Assembly: GCA_035504215.1 (NCBI GenBank)
Contig: DATJSI010000050.1
Span: forward strand, 8,340 to 72,339
Length of the DNA stretch: 64,000 nt
Reading direction: 5' to 3'
DNA from: Mycobacteriales bacterium
GTDB taxonomy: Bacteria > Actinomycetota > Actinomycetes > JAFAQI01
Below are positions 36,536-45,085 of the stretch, piece after piece. Numbering within the stretch: position 1 is the first letter of the stretch; the number at the start of each line of letters is the position of its first letter. The position numbers and the translations under genes were made by a program. Under the pieces are notes generated by a model. That model was not told the DNA's origin and ran no database searches. It saw only the letters and a program-made list of their open reading frames with translations.

Positions 36536-37297
36536 TCAATCGCCCGAGCCTGAAGGTAACGATCCAGGTGCGCACGCGCGTCCCAGCGTTTTGCGCCGGC
36601 AGGCTGCGCCGATCGCGGCGATCACGATCGCGATCAGCGTGACGCCGGCGGCGACGCCGGTGCCGAGCCGGACCTGGTCGCTCGCTGCGTAGATGCTGCG
36701 GCCCCACCAGCGGGTCACCGCGAACGGTCCGGGGACCAGCAGGAACCCGTCGCCGGCCACGGCCAAGACGCACAGGCCGAGCGCAACCCATGGGAGGGGC
36801 CGCCCGCCACGACGCACCCCGAAGGTGGCGAGCCACGTTACGCCGACAGCGAGGCCACAGAACACGAGGAGCACCGACGCGCCCGCGACCGGAACCAAGG
36901 GGGTGTGCAGCGTCGAGCCCACCCTGGTGTTGAGAGGGTTCCAGAAAGCTTGGGTCAGTTGGGCCTGGCGCCACAGGGCGACTGCCATGGTGAGGTTGCC
37001 CGCCGCCCAGATCGCCACGAGTGTGAGCAGCACGCGCCACGCACGCTCGAACTTGGCGGGATCCACCCGCTCCTGCCACCAGGTCCAGTCGGCCGGCGGT
37101 TGGGGCCACTCGGGTCCTGGCATCCAGTCAGGTGGTGGCGACCAGGCTCGCGGCGGCTCGGGCCACCCGGGAGGCGGCGTCCAAACGCGATACGAACCCG
37201 CCGCCACCCGCCCATCATGCCTGGTGGCCACCGGCGTCGGCGGATGAACGAGGGACCGCTGGGCAATCTCCAGGACTACTCGTGCCGTGCCGATCAA
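36536..37297 (-). CDS. hypothetical integral membrane protein with Pro/Trp-rich N-terminal region
   Basis: 253 aa ORF with about 4 hydrophobic helices and N-terminal WTPPPGWPEPPRAWSPPPDW. No family recognised. Start uncertain. Confidence 0.4.
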   Translation of the reverse strand: MIGTARVVLEIAQRSLVHPPTPVATRHDGRVAAGSYRVWTPPPGWPEPPRAWSPPPDWMPGPEWPQPPADWTWWQERVDPAKFERAWRVLLTLVAIWAAGNLTMAVALWRQAQLTQAFWNPLNTRVGSTLHTPLVPVAGASVLLVFCGLAVGVTWLATFGVRRGGRPLPWVALGLCVLAVAGDGFLLVPGPFAVTRWWGRSIYAASDQVRLGTGVAAGVTLIAIVIAAIGAACRRKTLGRACAPGSLPSGSGD

Positions 37298-37302
37298 GAT
37301 GT

Positions 37303-37782
37303 GTGCGGAGGTCCGTGGCGCTGCTCGCGGCCGGCGTCTTCGTGGCGGCGGCGATTGCCGCCGTACTCGGGTTGTGGCTCCCGGCTCGACAGCGAACCCA
37401 GGACGCCGCGTGGACGGCCGCGGGCGAGCGGGCGCTGGCCCGGGTTGCGCTGCCAGCGACGTTCTCGACCGACACCAAGGACGGTCGCAACCAGGTCTGC
37501 GGGACCGGCACCAGCGAGCGCTGCTTCCTCGGCCCCGGCGATCCGCGCGATCAGGTAGCGGCGGTCAAAGCAGGGCTGGCCCACGTCGCCACCGGCCCGA
37601 TCGAAGGAACCTGCGCTGCGGTGCCGGTTGCGGGCGCGCCGCCGTCATGCCATCTGGTCGTGCCGGTCACCGGCAGTCGGCTCGCTGTGGAGATGTTTGC
37701 CCACCTGAACGACCCGGGCCAGCCGATGTCGCAATGGACCTACGACGGGGCCTACGTGGAGATCCACCTCACCGCACGCTAG
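37303..37782 (+). CDS. hypothetical membrane-anchored protein (N-terminal TM helix)
   Basis: GTG start before VRRSVALLAAGVFVAAAIAAVLGLWLPARQ, with GGAGG just upstream. Ends with TAG 2 nt before the repeat array. No family recognised. Confidence 0.35.
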   Translation: MRRSVALLAAGVFVAAAIAAVLGLWLPARQRTQDAAWTAAGERALARVALPATFSTDTKDGRNQVCGTGTSERCFLGPGDPRDQVAAVKAGLAHVATGPIEGTCAAVPVAGAPPSCHLVVPVTGSRLAVEMFAHLNDPGQPMSQWTYDGAYVEIHLTAR

Positions 37783-37783
37783 G

Positions 37784-38200
37784 GGACTGCTGCCACTCAG
37801 CGAACGAAACTCGCTGAGGTGCGCGCCTGCAAGGCCGCACTGAGCGCCGCGTGCTGTAGCACGCAAGCGAGCGAGAACGCCGCAGGCATTGCACCCCACT
37901 CAGCGAACGAAACCCGCTGAGGCGTGCGCCTGCAAGGCCGCACTGAGCACCGCGTGCTGTAGCACGCAAGCGAGGGAGAACGCCGCAGGCGTGCGCCTGC
38001 AAGGCCGCACCGAGCGCCGCGTGCTGTAGCACGCAAGCGAGGGAGAAAGCCGCCAAGGTTGCACCCCACTCAGCGTTCGAAACTCGCTGAGGCGTGCGCC
38101 TGCAAGGCCGCACTGAGCGCCGCGTGCTGTAGCACGCAAGCGAGGGAGAACGCAGCAGGCGTGCGCCTCAGCGAGTTTCGCGGCTCAGCGAGTTTCGCGG
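37784..38200. repeat. complex tandem-repeat array: ~4.1 copies of a 68-bp unit interleaved with 3 copies of a 26-bp hairpin unit, ending in two 17-bp direct repeats
   Basis: 68-bp units at ~37819-37886, 37922-37989, 37990-38058 and 38092-38159 (GCGTGCGCCTGCAAGGCCGCACTGAGCGCCGCGTGCTGTAGCACGCAAGCGAGGGAGAACGCCGCAGG). Hairpin units CCACTCAGCGAACGAAACTCGCTGAG at 37793-37818, 37896-37921 and 38066-38091. Tail CTCAGCGAGTTTCGCGG occurs twice. No unique spacers. Confidence 0.85.
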
Positions 38201-38349
38201 TGTTCTGTGTGGCGGCGACAGTTAGGGCAGAACTTCTTCAGCTCGAGCCGGTCGGGGTCGTTGCGCCGGTTCTTCTTGGTGATGTAGTTCCGGTGCTTAC
38301 ACTCCGCGCAGGCCAGCGTGATCTTGGGTCGGACGTCGGTGGCTGCCAC
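38185..38349 (-). CDS. rpmG: 50S ribosomal protein L33 (below ORF-track cutoff)
   Basis: Hand translation [54 protein letters not shown] (54 aa, GTG start, AGGAAGG RBS 8 nt upstream). The last codons and stop lie inside the repeat-array tail. Confidence 0.85.
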   Translation of the reverse strand: MAATDVRPKITLACAECKHRNYITKKNRRNDPDRLELKKFCPNCRRHTEHRETR

Positions 38350-38440
38350 GGTGCTGACCTTCCTGATGGGCCGGATCTGGGGCGGGACTCCGCCTGCCGG
38401 AAAGCCAGGATAGCCCGGCTGGCGCGGGACGGGCGGTGCG

Positions 38441-38514
38441 TAGCGGAGGCCGGATTTGAACCGGCGACACAGCGATTATGAGCCGCTTGCTCTGCCTGGC
38501 TGAGCTACTCCGCC
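38441..38514 (-). tRNA. tRNA-Met (anticodon CAT)
   Basis: Reverse complement GGCGGAGTAGCTCAGCCAGGCAGAGCAAGCGGCTCATAATCGCTGTGTCGCCGGTTCAAATCCGGCCTCCGCTA. Located upstream of rpmG, as in other actinobacteria. Confidence 0.85.
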
Positions 38515-38578
38515 GCAGGTCCACGACCTGGACCGGCGTTCCATGGTGCCACAGCGGCAACGGCCATACGATCCGGGG

Positions 38579-39358
38579 ATGACGGCGCTCGGCACCGACC
38601 AGGAGGTCGCGAACCGGGTGCTGGCGGACCTCGATCGGGACGGTTACTCGGTCGTCGAGTCGCTGCTGCGCCCGGACCGGGCCGCGGCGATCCGCGACGG
38701 CCTGCGCGGGATCCTCGACGCCACACCCACCGGGCGCAACGACTTCGAGGGTTTCCAGACCCGGCGGATCTACGCGATCTTCGCCAAGACCCGGGTCTTC
38801 GACGACCTCGCCGTACACCCGCTGCTCCTGACGGTGCTCGACGCGATGCTCGGCCCGAGCTACCAGCTGAGCGCGCCGACGGGAATCGAGATCGCACCGG
38901 GCGAGAAGGCGCAGTTCCTGCATACCGACGACGGGATCTATCCGTTGCCCCGGCCGCATCCGGAGGTCGTGCTCAACACGATGTGGGCGCTCGACGACTT
39001 CACCGTGGACAACGGCGCCACCCGCGTCGTGCCCGGCAGCCACCGCTGGACCGACCGGATGCCGGTCGACCCCGACGAGACGGTGACCATCACAATGCCG
39101 GCCGGATCGGTGCTGTTCATCCGCGGCACGCTCTGGCACGGCGGCGGCGCCAACCGCACCGACCGCACCCGGCTCGGGGTCCTGCTGGAGTACGCCGCGG
39201 GCTGGCTGCGCCAGCAGGAGAACCACGTCCTCGCCGTACCGCCGGAGATCGTCCGCACCCTGGAGCCCAGGTTGCAGGAACTGCTCGGCTACGGCATCCA
39301 CCCGCCGTTCGTCGGGTACGTCGACGGCCGCCACCCTCGACGGGTCCTCGGCCAGTAG
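38579..39358 (+). CDS. phytanoyl-CoA dioxygenase (PhyH) family Fe(II)/2-oxoglutarate-dependent oxygenase
   Basis: Start at MTALGTDQEV. Contains HTDDGIYP (His-x-Asp) and the downstream LWHGGGANRTDRTR motif, typical of PhyH family proteins. Confidence 0.7.
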   Translation: MTALGTDQEVANRVLADLDRDGYSVVESLLRPDRAAAIRDGLRGILDATPTGRNDFEGFQTRRIYAIFAKTRVFDDLAVHPLLLTVLDAMLGPSYQLSAPTGIEIAPGEKAQFLHTDDGIYPLPRPHPEVVLNTMWALDDFTVDNGATRVVPGSHRWTDRMPVDPDETVTITMPAGSVLFIRGTLWHGGGANRTDRTRLGVLLEYAAGWLRQQENHVLAVPPEIVRTLEPRLQELLGYGIHPPFVGYVDGRHPRRVLGQ

Positions 39359-39384
39359 TGAGTCACCGGGCAGCCGGCGAATCG

Positions 39385-39460
39385 TGGAGCCCCCTTACGG
39401 AATCGAACCGTAGACCTTCTCCTTACCATGGAGACGCTCTGCCGACTGAGCTAAGGGGGC
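39385..39460 (-). tRNA. tRNA-Thr (anticodon GGT), CCA encoded
   Basis: Reverse complement GCCCCCTTAGCTCAGTCGGCAGAGCGTCTCCATGGTAAGGAGAAGGTCTACGGTTCGATTCCGTAAGGGGGCTCCA. Confidence 0.85.
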
Positions 39461-39515
39461 GAGCGGGCACGAGGCTACACGTGCCCCTGCCTTCCGCGGA
39501 AGGCAGTGCCAGCCG

Positions 39516-39597
39516 TGGCGGGTGTTGGGTTCGAACCAACGTAGGCTGTGCCGACGGTTTTACAGACCGCTCCCTTTGACCGCTCGGGCAACCCGCC
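39516..39597 (-). tRNA. tRNA-Tyr (anticodon GTA), long variable arm
   Basis: Reverse complement GGCGGGTTGCCCGAGCGGTCAAAGGGAGCGGTCTGTAAAACCGTCGGCACAGCCTACGTTGGTTCGAACCCAACACCCGCCA. Confidence 0.85.
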
Positions 39598-39657
39598 TTG
39601 TCGCGCATCGAGATGCGCGCGTCGGTCAGGATAGCGGGTGCAGGAGGAGGCACCGGA

Positions 39658-40152
39658 ATGGCGGATGCGTCGTTCGACGTCGTCAGCAAGGTCGACCACC
39701 AGGAGGTCGACAACGCGCTCAACCAGGCCGCGAAGGAGGTCGGGCAGCGCTTCGACTTCAAGGGCACCGGCGCGTCCATCGCGTGGAGCGGCCAGGACGG
39801 CGTGGTCATCACGGCTAACAGCGACGAGCGGGTCAAGGCGGTGCTCGAGGTCTTCAAGGAGCGCCTCGTGCGCCGGCAGGTCTCGCTCAAGGCGCTCGAC
39901 CACGGCGACCCGCAGGCCGCGGCCGGCAACACGTCTCGGCTTGCGATCGCGATCCGGCAGGGCATCGACTCGGAGAAGGCTCGCGCGATCGTGAAGAAGA
40001 TCAAGTCGGATGGGCCGAAGGCGGTCCACGTCGCCGTACAGGGCGACACGGTCCGGGTCTCCGGCAAGAAGCGCGACGACCTGCAGACCGTGATCGCGAT
40101 GCTGCGCGAGTCCGACTTCGGCATCCCGCTGCAGTTCGAGAACTACCGCTAG
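39658..40152 (+). CDS. YajQ family (UPF0234) nucleotide-binding protein
   Basis: Start MADASFDVVSKVDHQEVDNALNQAAKEVGQRFDFKGTGASI..., a close match to the conserved YajQ N-terminus. Confidence 0.8.
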   Translation: MADASFDVVSKVDHQEVDNALNQAAKEVGQRFDFKGTGASIAWSGQDGVVITANSDERVKAVLEVFKERLVRRQVSLKALDHGDPQAAAGNTSRLAIAIRQGIDSEKARAIVKKIKSDGPKAVHVAVQGDTVRVSGKKRDDLQTVIAMLRESDFGIPLQFENYR

Positions 40153-40160
40153 GACGGCGC

Positions 40161-41132
40161 TCAGAGCCAGTTGCGGCGGCGGAACATCATCCAGAGCAGG
40201 ACGACGAAGCCGACGCTGAGCCCGAGTGCAGTGTAGCCGCCGGCTTTCGTTCCGGAGTTCGGGTAGGTCAGCACGTTCATGCCGTAGTAGCCGGTGATCA
40301 CGGCCGGTACGGCGATGATCGCCGCCCACGACGTGACCTGCTTCATGATGAGGTTCATCCGGTTGCCCTGGATGGTGAGGTTCGTCTCGAGGATCGTCGA
40401 GACCAGGTCGCGCAACGAGTCGGTCCAGTCCGCGGCGCGCAGCACGTGGTCGTAGACGTCCTGGTAGTACGGCAGCAGCGCGTCGTCGACCATCCCGCTC
40501 TCGCGGCGCATCAGCGCGTTGACGACCTCACGCGTCGGCAGCACGACCCGGCGCATCCGGACCAGCGACTTGCGCAGCTCGTAGGACTGCCGCTGCACCT
40601 TCGTCCCGGTGTCCGAGTCCGAGAAGAGCAGGTCCTCGAGCTCTTCGATCTGGTCGTCGAGCTGCTGCACGGTCTGGAAGTGACCGTCGACGACGACGTC
40701 GAGCAGTCCCCACATGAGAAAACCGACGCCGTACTTCGCCAGGTTCTTGTTGTCGTCCCACCGCGCGACGATCGGGTCCATCGAGTAGCCCGGCGTCTTG
40801 CGCACGGTGATCAGGTACTGCTTCGAGGCGAAGATCGCCAGCTCGTGCGCGGTCATCTCGCCGTCGGCTTGGAGGCCGACGTCGTAGAGCGAGATGAAGA
40901 TGTGGTCGTCGTAGTGGTCGAGCTTGGGCCGCTGCCGTTCGGCCGTCGCGTCCTCGACCGCCAGCGGGTTGAGCGAGAACTCCTCCGCGATCAGCGCGAA
41001 GTCGTCCTTCGTCGGCGCTTCGAGGTCGAGCCAGACCACGCAGTTCCTGGTTTCGAGATGGTCCGAGATGCGCTGCGGGTCGAAGTTCTCGTCGATGCAG
41101 TTGCCTTCGCGGTAGAGGCGGGTCTTGATCAC
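40161..41132 (-). CDS. corA: CorA family magnesium/cobalt transporter
   Basis: 323 aa. The C-terminal two TM helices carry the YGMNV (GMN) signature. Confidence 0.85.
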   Translation of the reverse strand: MIKTRLYREGNCIDENFDPQRISDHLETRNCVVWLDLEAPTKDDFALIAEEFSLNPLAVEDATAERQRPKLDHYDDHIFISLYDVGLQADGEMTAHELAIFASKQYLITVRKTPGYSMDPIVARWDDNKNLAKYGVGFLMWGLLDVVVDGHFQTVQQLDDQIEELEDLLFSDSDTGTKVQRQSYELRKSLVRMRRVVLPTREVVNALMRRESGMVDDALLPYYQDVYDHVLRAADWTDSLRDLVSTILETNLTIQGNRMNLIMKQVTSWAAIIAVPAVITGYYGMNVLTYPNSGTKAGGYTALGLSVGFVVLLWMMFRRRNWL

Positions 41133-41169
41133 AGCTCAGACGGTACGACGTACCCGGTCCGCGGACCCG

Positions 41170-41571
41170 TCAGCGCGCCGCGCCTCGCCGGTCGAGGTTG
41201 CCATCCGCCTCTGCCGGCGGCACCGTCGCGACCCAGGCGCCGAGCCGGTCGCGTTCCTGAATGAGCTCCGCGATCCCCGGCTCCGCGTACGAGAACTCCG
41301 GCGACCAGTGCAGCGCGTCGAACGGGCACGCCTCGATGCAGATCCCGCAGTACATGCACAAGGCGTAGTCGATCGCGAAGCGGTCGAGCACGTGCACGGT
41401 GCGCGGCCGTCCGCCAGGTGCGGCCGGCGGCTCGGTCTCCGGATGCGAGTCGATATAGATGCACCAGTCCGGGCACTCGCGCGCGCAGAGCATGCACGAG
41501 GTGCAGTTGTCCTCGACCAGCGCGATGACCCCTCGGCTGCGGTGCGGGAGCCCGGCGCTTTCGGCGTTCAC
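41170..41571 (-). CDS. NuoI-like 2x[4Fe-4S] ferredoxin (orphan paralogue)
   Basis: 133 aa from GTG. Two CxxCxxCxxxCP motifs ([24 protein letters not shown]). The GTG start overlaps the TGA stop of the preceding NuoC-like gene (GTGA). Confidence 0.65.
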   Translation of the reverse strand: MNAESAGLPHRSRGVIALVEDNCTSCMLCARECPDWCIYIDSHPETEPPAAPGGRPRTVHVLDRFAIDYALCMYCGICIEACPFDALHWSPEFSYAEPGIAELIQERDRLGAWVATVPPAEADGNLDRRGAAR

Positions 41572-42137
41572 GACGCCGGCCCCCACGAGCCGGGGTCGGG
41601 CACGCCCGGAGGGCGCGCGCGGCGCCGGCGCGGTGCAGCACTGGGTTCGAGGTCGCGATCGGACTCGCCGGGCTCCTTGGCGCCCGGCCACGGCTTCGCG
41701 ACCCGCGATGCCAGCATGAAGTCCTTGCGCAGCGGGTGCGCGTCGAACCCGTCCGGCAGCAGAAGCGGGATCGGGTTCGGGTGACCCTCGAAGCGCACGC
41801 CGAACATCTCGAGGGTCTCGCGCTCGTGCCAGTTGGCGCCCGGCCACAGTCCGGTGAGGGTGGGCAGGACGCCGTCGTCGTGCGGAACCCGGGTCCGCAG
41901 CAGCACCCCACGCCGCTTCGAAGGCGACCACAACCGGACCACCACCGCAACCCCGGCGTCGAGGTCGTCGTACGCCGAGAGCCAGTCGAAGTAGGTGTAT
42001 GTCGCGCGTTGGTCGTCACGCAGTGCGCTGGCGGCCGCAAGCCAGTCGGCCGCCGGCACGTCGACGGTCAGGCAACCGAACTCCTCCGTGACCGACGCGG
42101 TGGCGCCGACCACAGTCAGGACGTCGGCCGCACTCAC
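41568..42137 (-). CDS. NuoC-like (30 kDa subunit) paralogue
   Basis: 189 aa with the [20 protein letters not shown] NuoC signature. Shorter than the canonical nuoC at 60200-60904. Confidence 0.65.
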   Translation of the reverse strand: MSAADVLTVVGATASVTEEFGCLTVDVPAADWLAAASALRDDQRATYTYFDWLSAYDDLDAGVAVVVRLWSPSKRRGVLLRTRVPHDDGVLPTLTGLWPGANWHERETLEMFGVRFEGHPNPIPLLLPDGFDAHPLRKDFMLASRVAKPWPGAKEPGESDRDLEPSAAPRRRRARPPGVPDPGSWGPAS

Positions 42138-42607
42138 GCCGCACCCTCGATCCGCTGCTGCAACAGGTCGAGGCCGTCGAGCAACGCCTCCGGTCGGGGC
42201 GGGCAGCCCGGGACGTACACGTCGACCGGGATCAGCTGGTCGATCCCCTTGGTCACGGAGTACGAATCCCAGTACGGTCCGCCGCAGTTGGCGCAGGAGC
42301 CGAACGACACGACGTACTTGGGGTCAGGCAAGCGGTCGTAGACCGCGCGGACCGCGGGCGCCATCTTGTCCGTGACCGTGCCGGAGACGACGACCACGTC
42401 GATCGCATCGGCTCCGGCCACTCCGTCCACTCCGCCGCGCAGCCGGTCCGGGTAGCGCATCGTCGCCGACGCGAACTCCACCGCGCAGCAGGCCAGCCCC
42501 ACGTCGAACACCCACAGCGAGAGCTCGCGACCGCCGGCGAGTGCAAACCGGATCGGCGCCGGCGCGTCGCCAGGAGCGCGGCCGATCGACACCGGGATCG
42601 CGGGCAC
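42134..42607 (-). CDS. NuoB-like (20 kDa, N2 cluster subunit) paralogue
   Basis: 157 aa with [15 protein letters not shown] and GCPPRPE cysteine motifs for a [4Fe-4S] cluster. Divergent from the AtuA-like gene. Confidence 0.65.
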   Translation of the reverse strand: MPAIPVSIGRAPGDAPAPIRFALAGGRELSLWVFDVGLACCAVEFASATMRYPDRLRGGVDGVAGADAIDVVVVSGTVTDKMAPAVRAVYDRLPDPKYVVSFGSCANCGGPYWDSYSVTKGIDQLIPVDVYVPGCPPRPEALLDGLDLLQQRIEGAA

Positions 42608-42664
42608 AGCCCGACCCTAGTGCGGCGGCTCGGGCTGGATGGGTGGCGCGGTAGCGTCGCGGGC

Positions 42665-44404
42665 ATGGCCAGAGCGGTGCGAATCGGCAACTGCTCCGGC
42701 TTCTACGGCGACCGCTTCAGCGCCATGCGCGAGATGCTCGAAGGCGGCGAGCTCGACGTCCTCACCGGCGACTACCTCGCCGAGCTGACGATGCTGCTGC
42801 TCTGGCGCAGCGCAGCCAAGGACCCCGACCGCGGCTACGGCACCTCCTTCGTCCGCCAGCTCGAGGACTGCCTCGAGTTGGCCTGGGAGCGTGGCGTCAG
42901 GATCGTCGCGAACGCCGGCGGCCTGAACCCGGCCGGGTGCGCCAATGCCGTACGAGAACTGGCCGGGAAGCTCGGCCTGCGGGTCAACGTCGCGCACGTC
43001 GAAGGCGACGACCTGCTCCCCCGCCGCGACGAGCTTGCGGCCGAGGGAATCAAGCTGCCAGCCGACACCGTCACGGCCAATGCCTACCTCGGCGGCTGGG
43101 GCATCGCGACCGCGCTCGACCGCGGTGCGCAGGTCGTCGTCACCGGGCGCGTTACCGACGCCGCGCTGGTGATCGGCCCGGCCGCCTGGTACCACGGCTG
43201 GGCGGTCGACGACTACGACGCGCTCGCGGGCGCGCTCGTTGCAGGCCATGTCCTCGAATGCGGGGCACAGGCGAGCGGCGGGAACTACTCGTTCTTCACC
43301 GAGGTGCCAGGCATCGAGCACGTCGGCTTCCCGTATGCCGAGGTCTTCGAGGACGGCACGTCGGTCATCACGAAGCAGGACGGCACCGGCGGCCTGGTCG
43401 ACATCGGCACGGTCACCGCTCAGCTGCTGTACGAGATCGGTCCGCCGCTGTACCTCAACCCCGATGTCACGGCCGAGTTCGGCAGCGTCGAGCTCAACCA
43501 GGAGGGGCCGGACCGCGTGCGGATCACCGGGCCTGGTGGCGGTGCAGTGCGAGGACATCGCCCGCCCGAGCACACGAAGGTTGCGGTCAACACGCTCGGC
43601 GGGTTCCGCAACTCGATGACCTTCCTGCTCACCGGACTCGACATCGAGGCGAAGGCCGACCTGGTCCGCCGCCAGCTCGCGCCACGACTCGACGGCATCG
43701 GGGACGTCGACTTCTCCCTTGCGAGAACGGACCACGACAACCCGGTGACCAACGAGCAGGCGACGGCCCGGCTGACCGTGACCGTGAAGGACCACGACGG
43801 TGCGCGGATCGGTCGCGAGTTCTCGAGCGCGGCGGTCGAGCTGGCCCTCGCGAGCTACCCGGGTGCGACGATGACCACGCCGCCCGGCGACGCGACGCCG
43901 TACGGCGTCTACCAGCCGCTGCTGCTGCCGAACCACCTGGTCACTCAACGCGTCGTGACCGATGACGGCACCGCCGTCGACATCGAGCCACCGGCCGGAG
44001 CGGCAATCGAGCGCGCCCGGTTGCTGCCGCGTCGGCCGCCGGCGGATCCGCCCGAGGACTGGGGTCCGATCTGGCATGTGCCGCTCGGGTCGCTGGTGGG
44101 CGCGCGCAGCGGGGACAAGGGCGGCGACGCCAATGTCGGCCTTTGGGTGGCGACGGATGCCGCCTACCACTGGCTGCGACACGAGCTCGACGTCGACTGT
44201 TTCAAGGCGCTGCTGCCGGAGACCGCCGGGTTGGACGTCACCCGGTACGAGCTGCCCAACCTGCGGGCGTTGAACTTCGTCGTCGCCGGGTTGCTCGGTG
44301 ACGGTGTCGCGGCATCGACCCGTCAGGACCCGCAGGCAAAGGGCCTCGGCGAGTGGCTGCGTTCCCGGTACATGGAGATCCCGGTCGCCCTGCTCGAGGC
44401 TTGA
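42665..44404 (+). CDS. DUF1446 / AtuA-like (acyclic terpene utilisation) family protein
   Basis: Start MARAVRIGNCSGFYGDRFSAMREMLEGGELDVLTGDYLAE, a strong match to the AtuA N-terminal signature. Confidence 0.7.
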   Translation: MARAVRIGNCSGFYGDRFSAMREMLEGGELDVLTGDYLAELTMLLLWRSAAKDPDRGYGTSFVRQLEDCLELAWERGVRIVANAGGLNPAGCANAVRELAGKLGLRVNVAHVEGDDLLPRRDELAAEGIKLPADTVTANAYLGGWGIATALDRGAQVVVTGRVTDAALVIGPAAWYHGWAVDDYDALAGALVAGHVLECGAQASGGNYSFFTEVPGIEHVGFPYAEVFEDGTSVITKQDGTGGLVDIGTVTAQLLYEIGPPLYLNPDVTAEFGSVELNQEGPDRVRITGPGGGAVRGHRPPEHTKVAVNTLGGFRNSMTFLLTGLDIEAKADLVRRQLAPRLDGIGDVDFSLARTDHDNPVTNEQATARLTVTVKDHDGARIGREFSSAAVELALASYPGATMTTPPGDATPYGVYQPLLLPNHLVTQRVVTDDGTAVDIEPPAGAAIERARLLPRRPPADPPEDWGPIWHVPLGSLVGARSGDKGGDANVGLWVATDAAYHWLRHELDVDCFKALLPETAGLDVTRYELPNLRALNFVVAGLLGDGVAASTRQDPQAKGLGEWLRSRYMEIPVALLEA

Positions 44405-44445
44405 GGCACCGGAAATCGGTTGCACCTGCTTGCTTCACTAAAGCC

Positions 44446-44985
44446 ATGCCCGAGCTCGCGCTGCCGACGACCGCCGTCAAGGACTCGTTTCTTGCCGCCA
44501 TGGCGGAGTTCCGCGCCGAGGGCCGGGGCGGCGCCGACGACGACTCGATGATCGCGAGTGAGCTTCGCCGGTACTCGTCGAGCTGGGCGAGCGACGAGGG
44601 TTTCGCGTCGTACGTCGATGAGCTGCGCGCGCAGGCCTATGAAGAAACGCCGCGCCCCGAGGGCTACGTGCCGTCGACGACCTGGTGGTATGTCGATGGC
44701 GAGGACTACCTCGGCCGGCTCGCGCTTCGCCACCGGCTGACCCCGCACCTGCTCGAGGTCGGCGGGCACATCGGCTACGACGTTCGACCGACCGCGCGCC
44801 GCCGCGGCCACGCAACCGCGATGCTGAAATCCGCGTTGCCGCACGCCAACGCGATGGGAATCGAGTCAGCGTTGCTGACGTGCGACAGCGGCAACGTCGG
44901 GTCGCGAAAGGTGATCGAAGCCGCCGGCGGCGTGCTCGAGGACGAGCGGAGCGGCAAGCTGCGGTTCTGGGTGCCGACCGGCTGA
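44446..44985 (+). CDS. GNAT family N-acetyltransferase (putative)
   Basis: ~180 aa with an acetyl-CoA-binding-like RRRGHATAML motif. Start at MPELALPTT. Confidence 0.5.
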   Translation: MPELALPTTAVKDSFLAAMAEFRAEGRGGADDDSMIASELRRYSSSWASDEGFASYVDELRAQAYEETPRPEGYVPSTTWWYVDGEDYLGRLALRHRLTPHLLEVGGHIGYDVRPTARRRGHATAMLKSALPHANAMGIESALLTCDSGNVGSRKVIEAAGGVLEDERSGKLRFWVPTG

Positions 44986-45085
44986 GCCACCCAGGCACAC
45001 CGGGCCCTGCAGCGTCGGACGCCGAGGGGTTTGTGCACGCGTGTGTACCGCGGGCGGTACGCAACCGTTCACGGATCCGGAAGGT

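Noticed and set aside
36516-37109. N-terminal ~200 codons of the 354-aa ORF 36045..37109
   Set aside because: The region is low-complexity and R/G-rich with no domain. The SRPBCC domain starts at GTG 36515, preceded by a purine-rich tract. The upstream region also overlaps another plausible membrane-protein ORF in a different frame.
37645-38139. Four overlapping minus-strand ORFs (84-114 aa) with repeated RLRATARGAQCGLAGARL peptides; possible CRISPR array
   Set aside because: The ORFs are translations of the tandem DNA repeats. The repeat units are contiguous (68 bp) with no unique spacers and no cas genes nearby, so this is not a CRISPR array.
41572-42040. Long N-terminal extensions of the NuoI-like ORF (41129..42040, 41170..41931)
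   Set aside because: They overlap the NuoC-like gene in another frame. The ferredoxin domain begins at the GTG that overlaps the NuoC-like stop.
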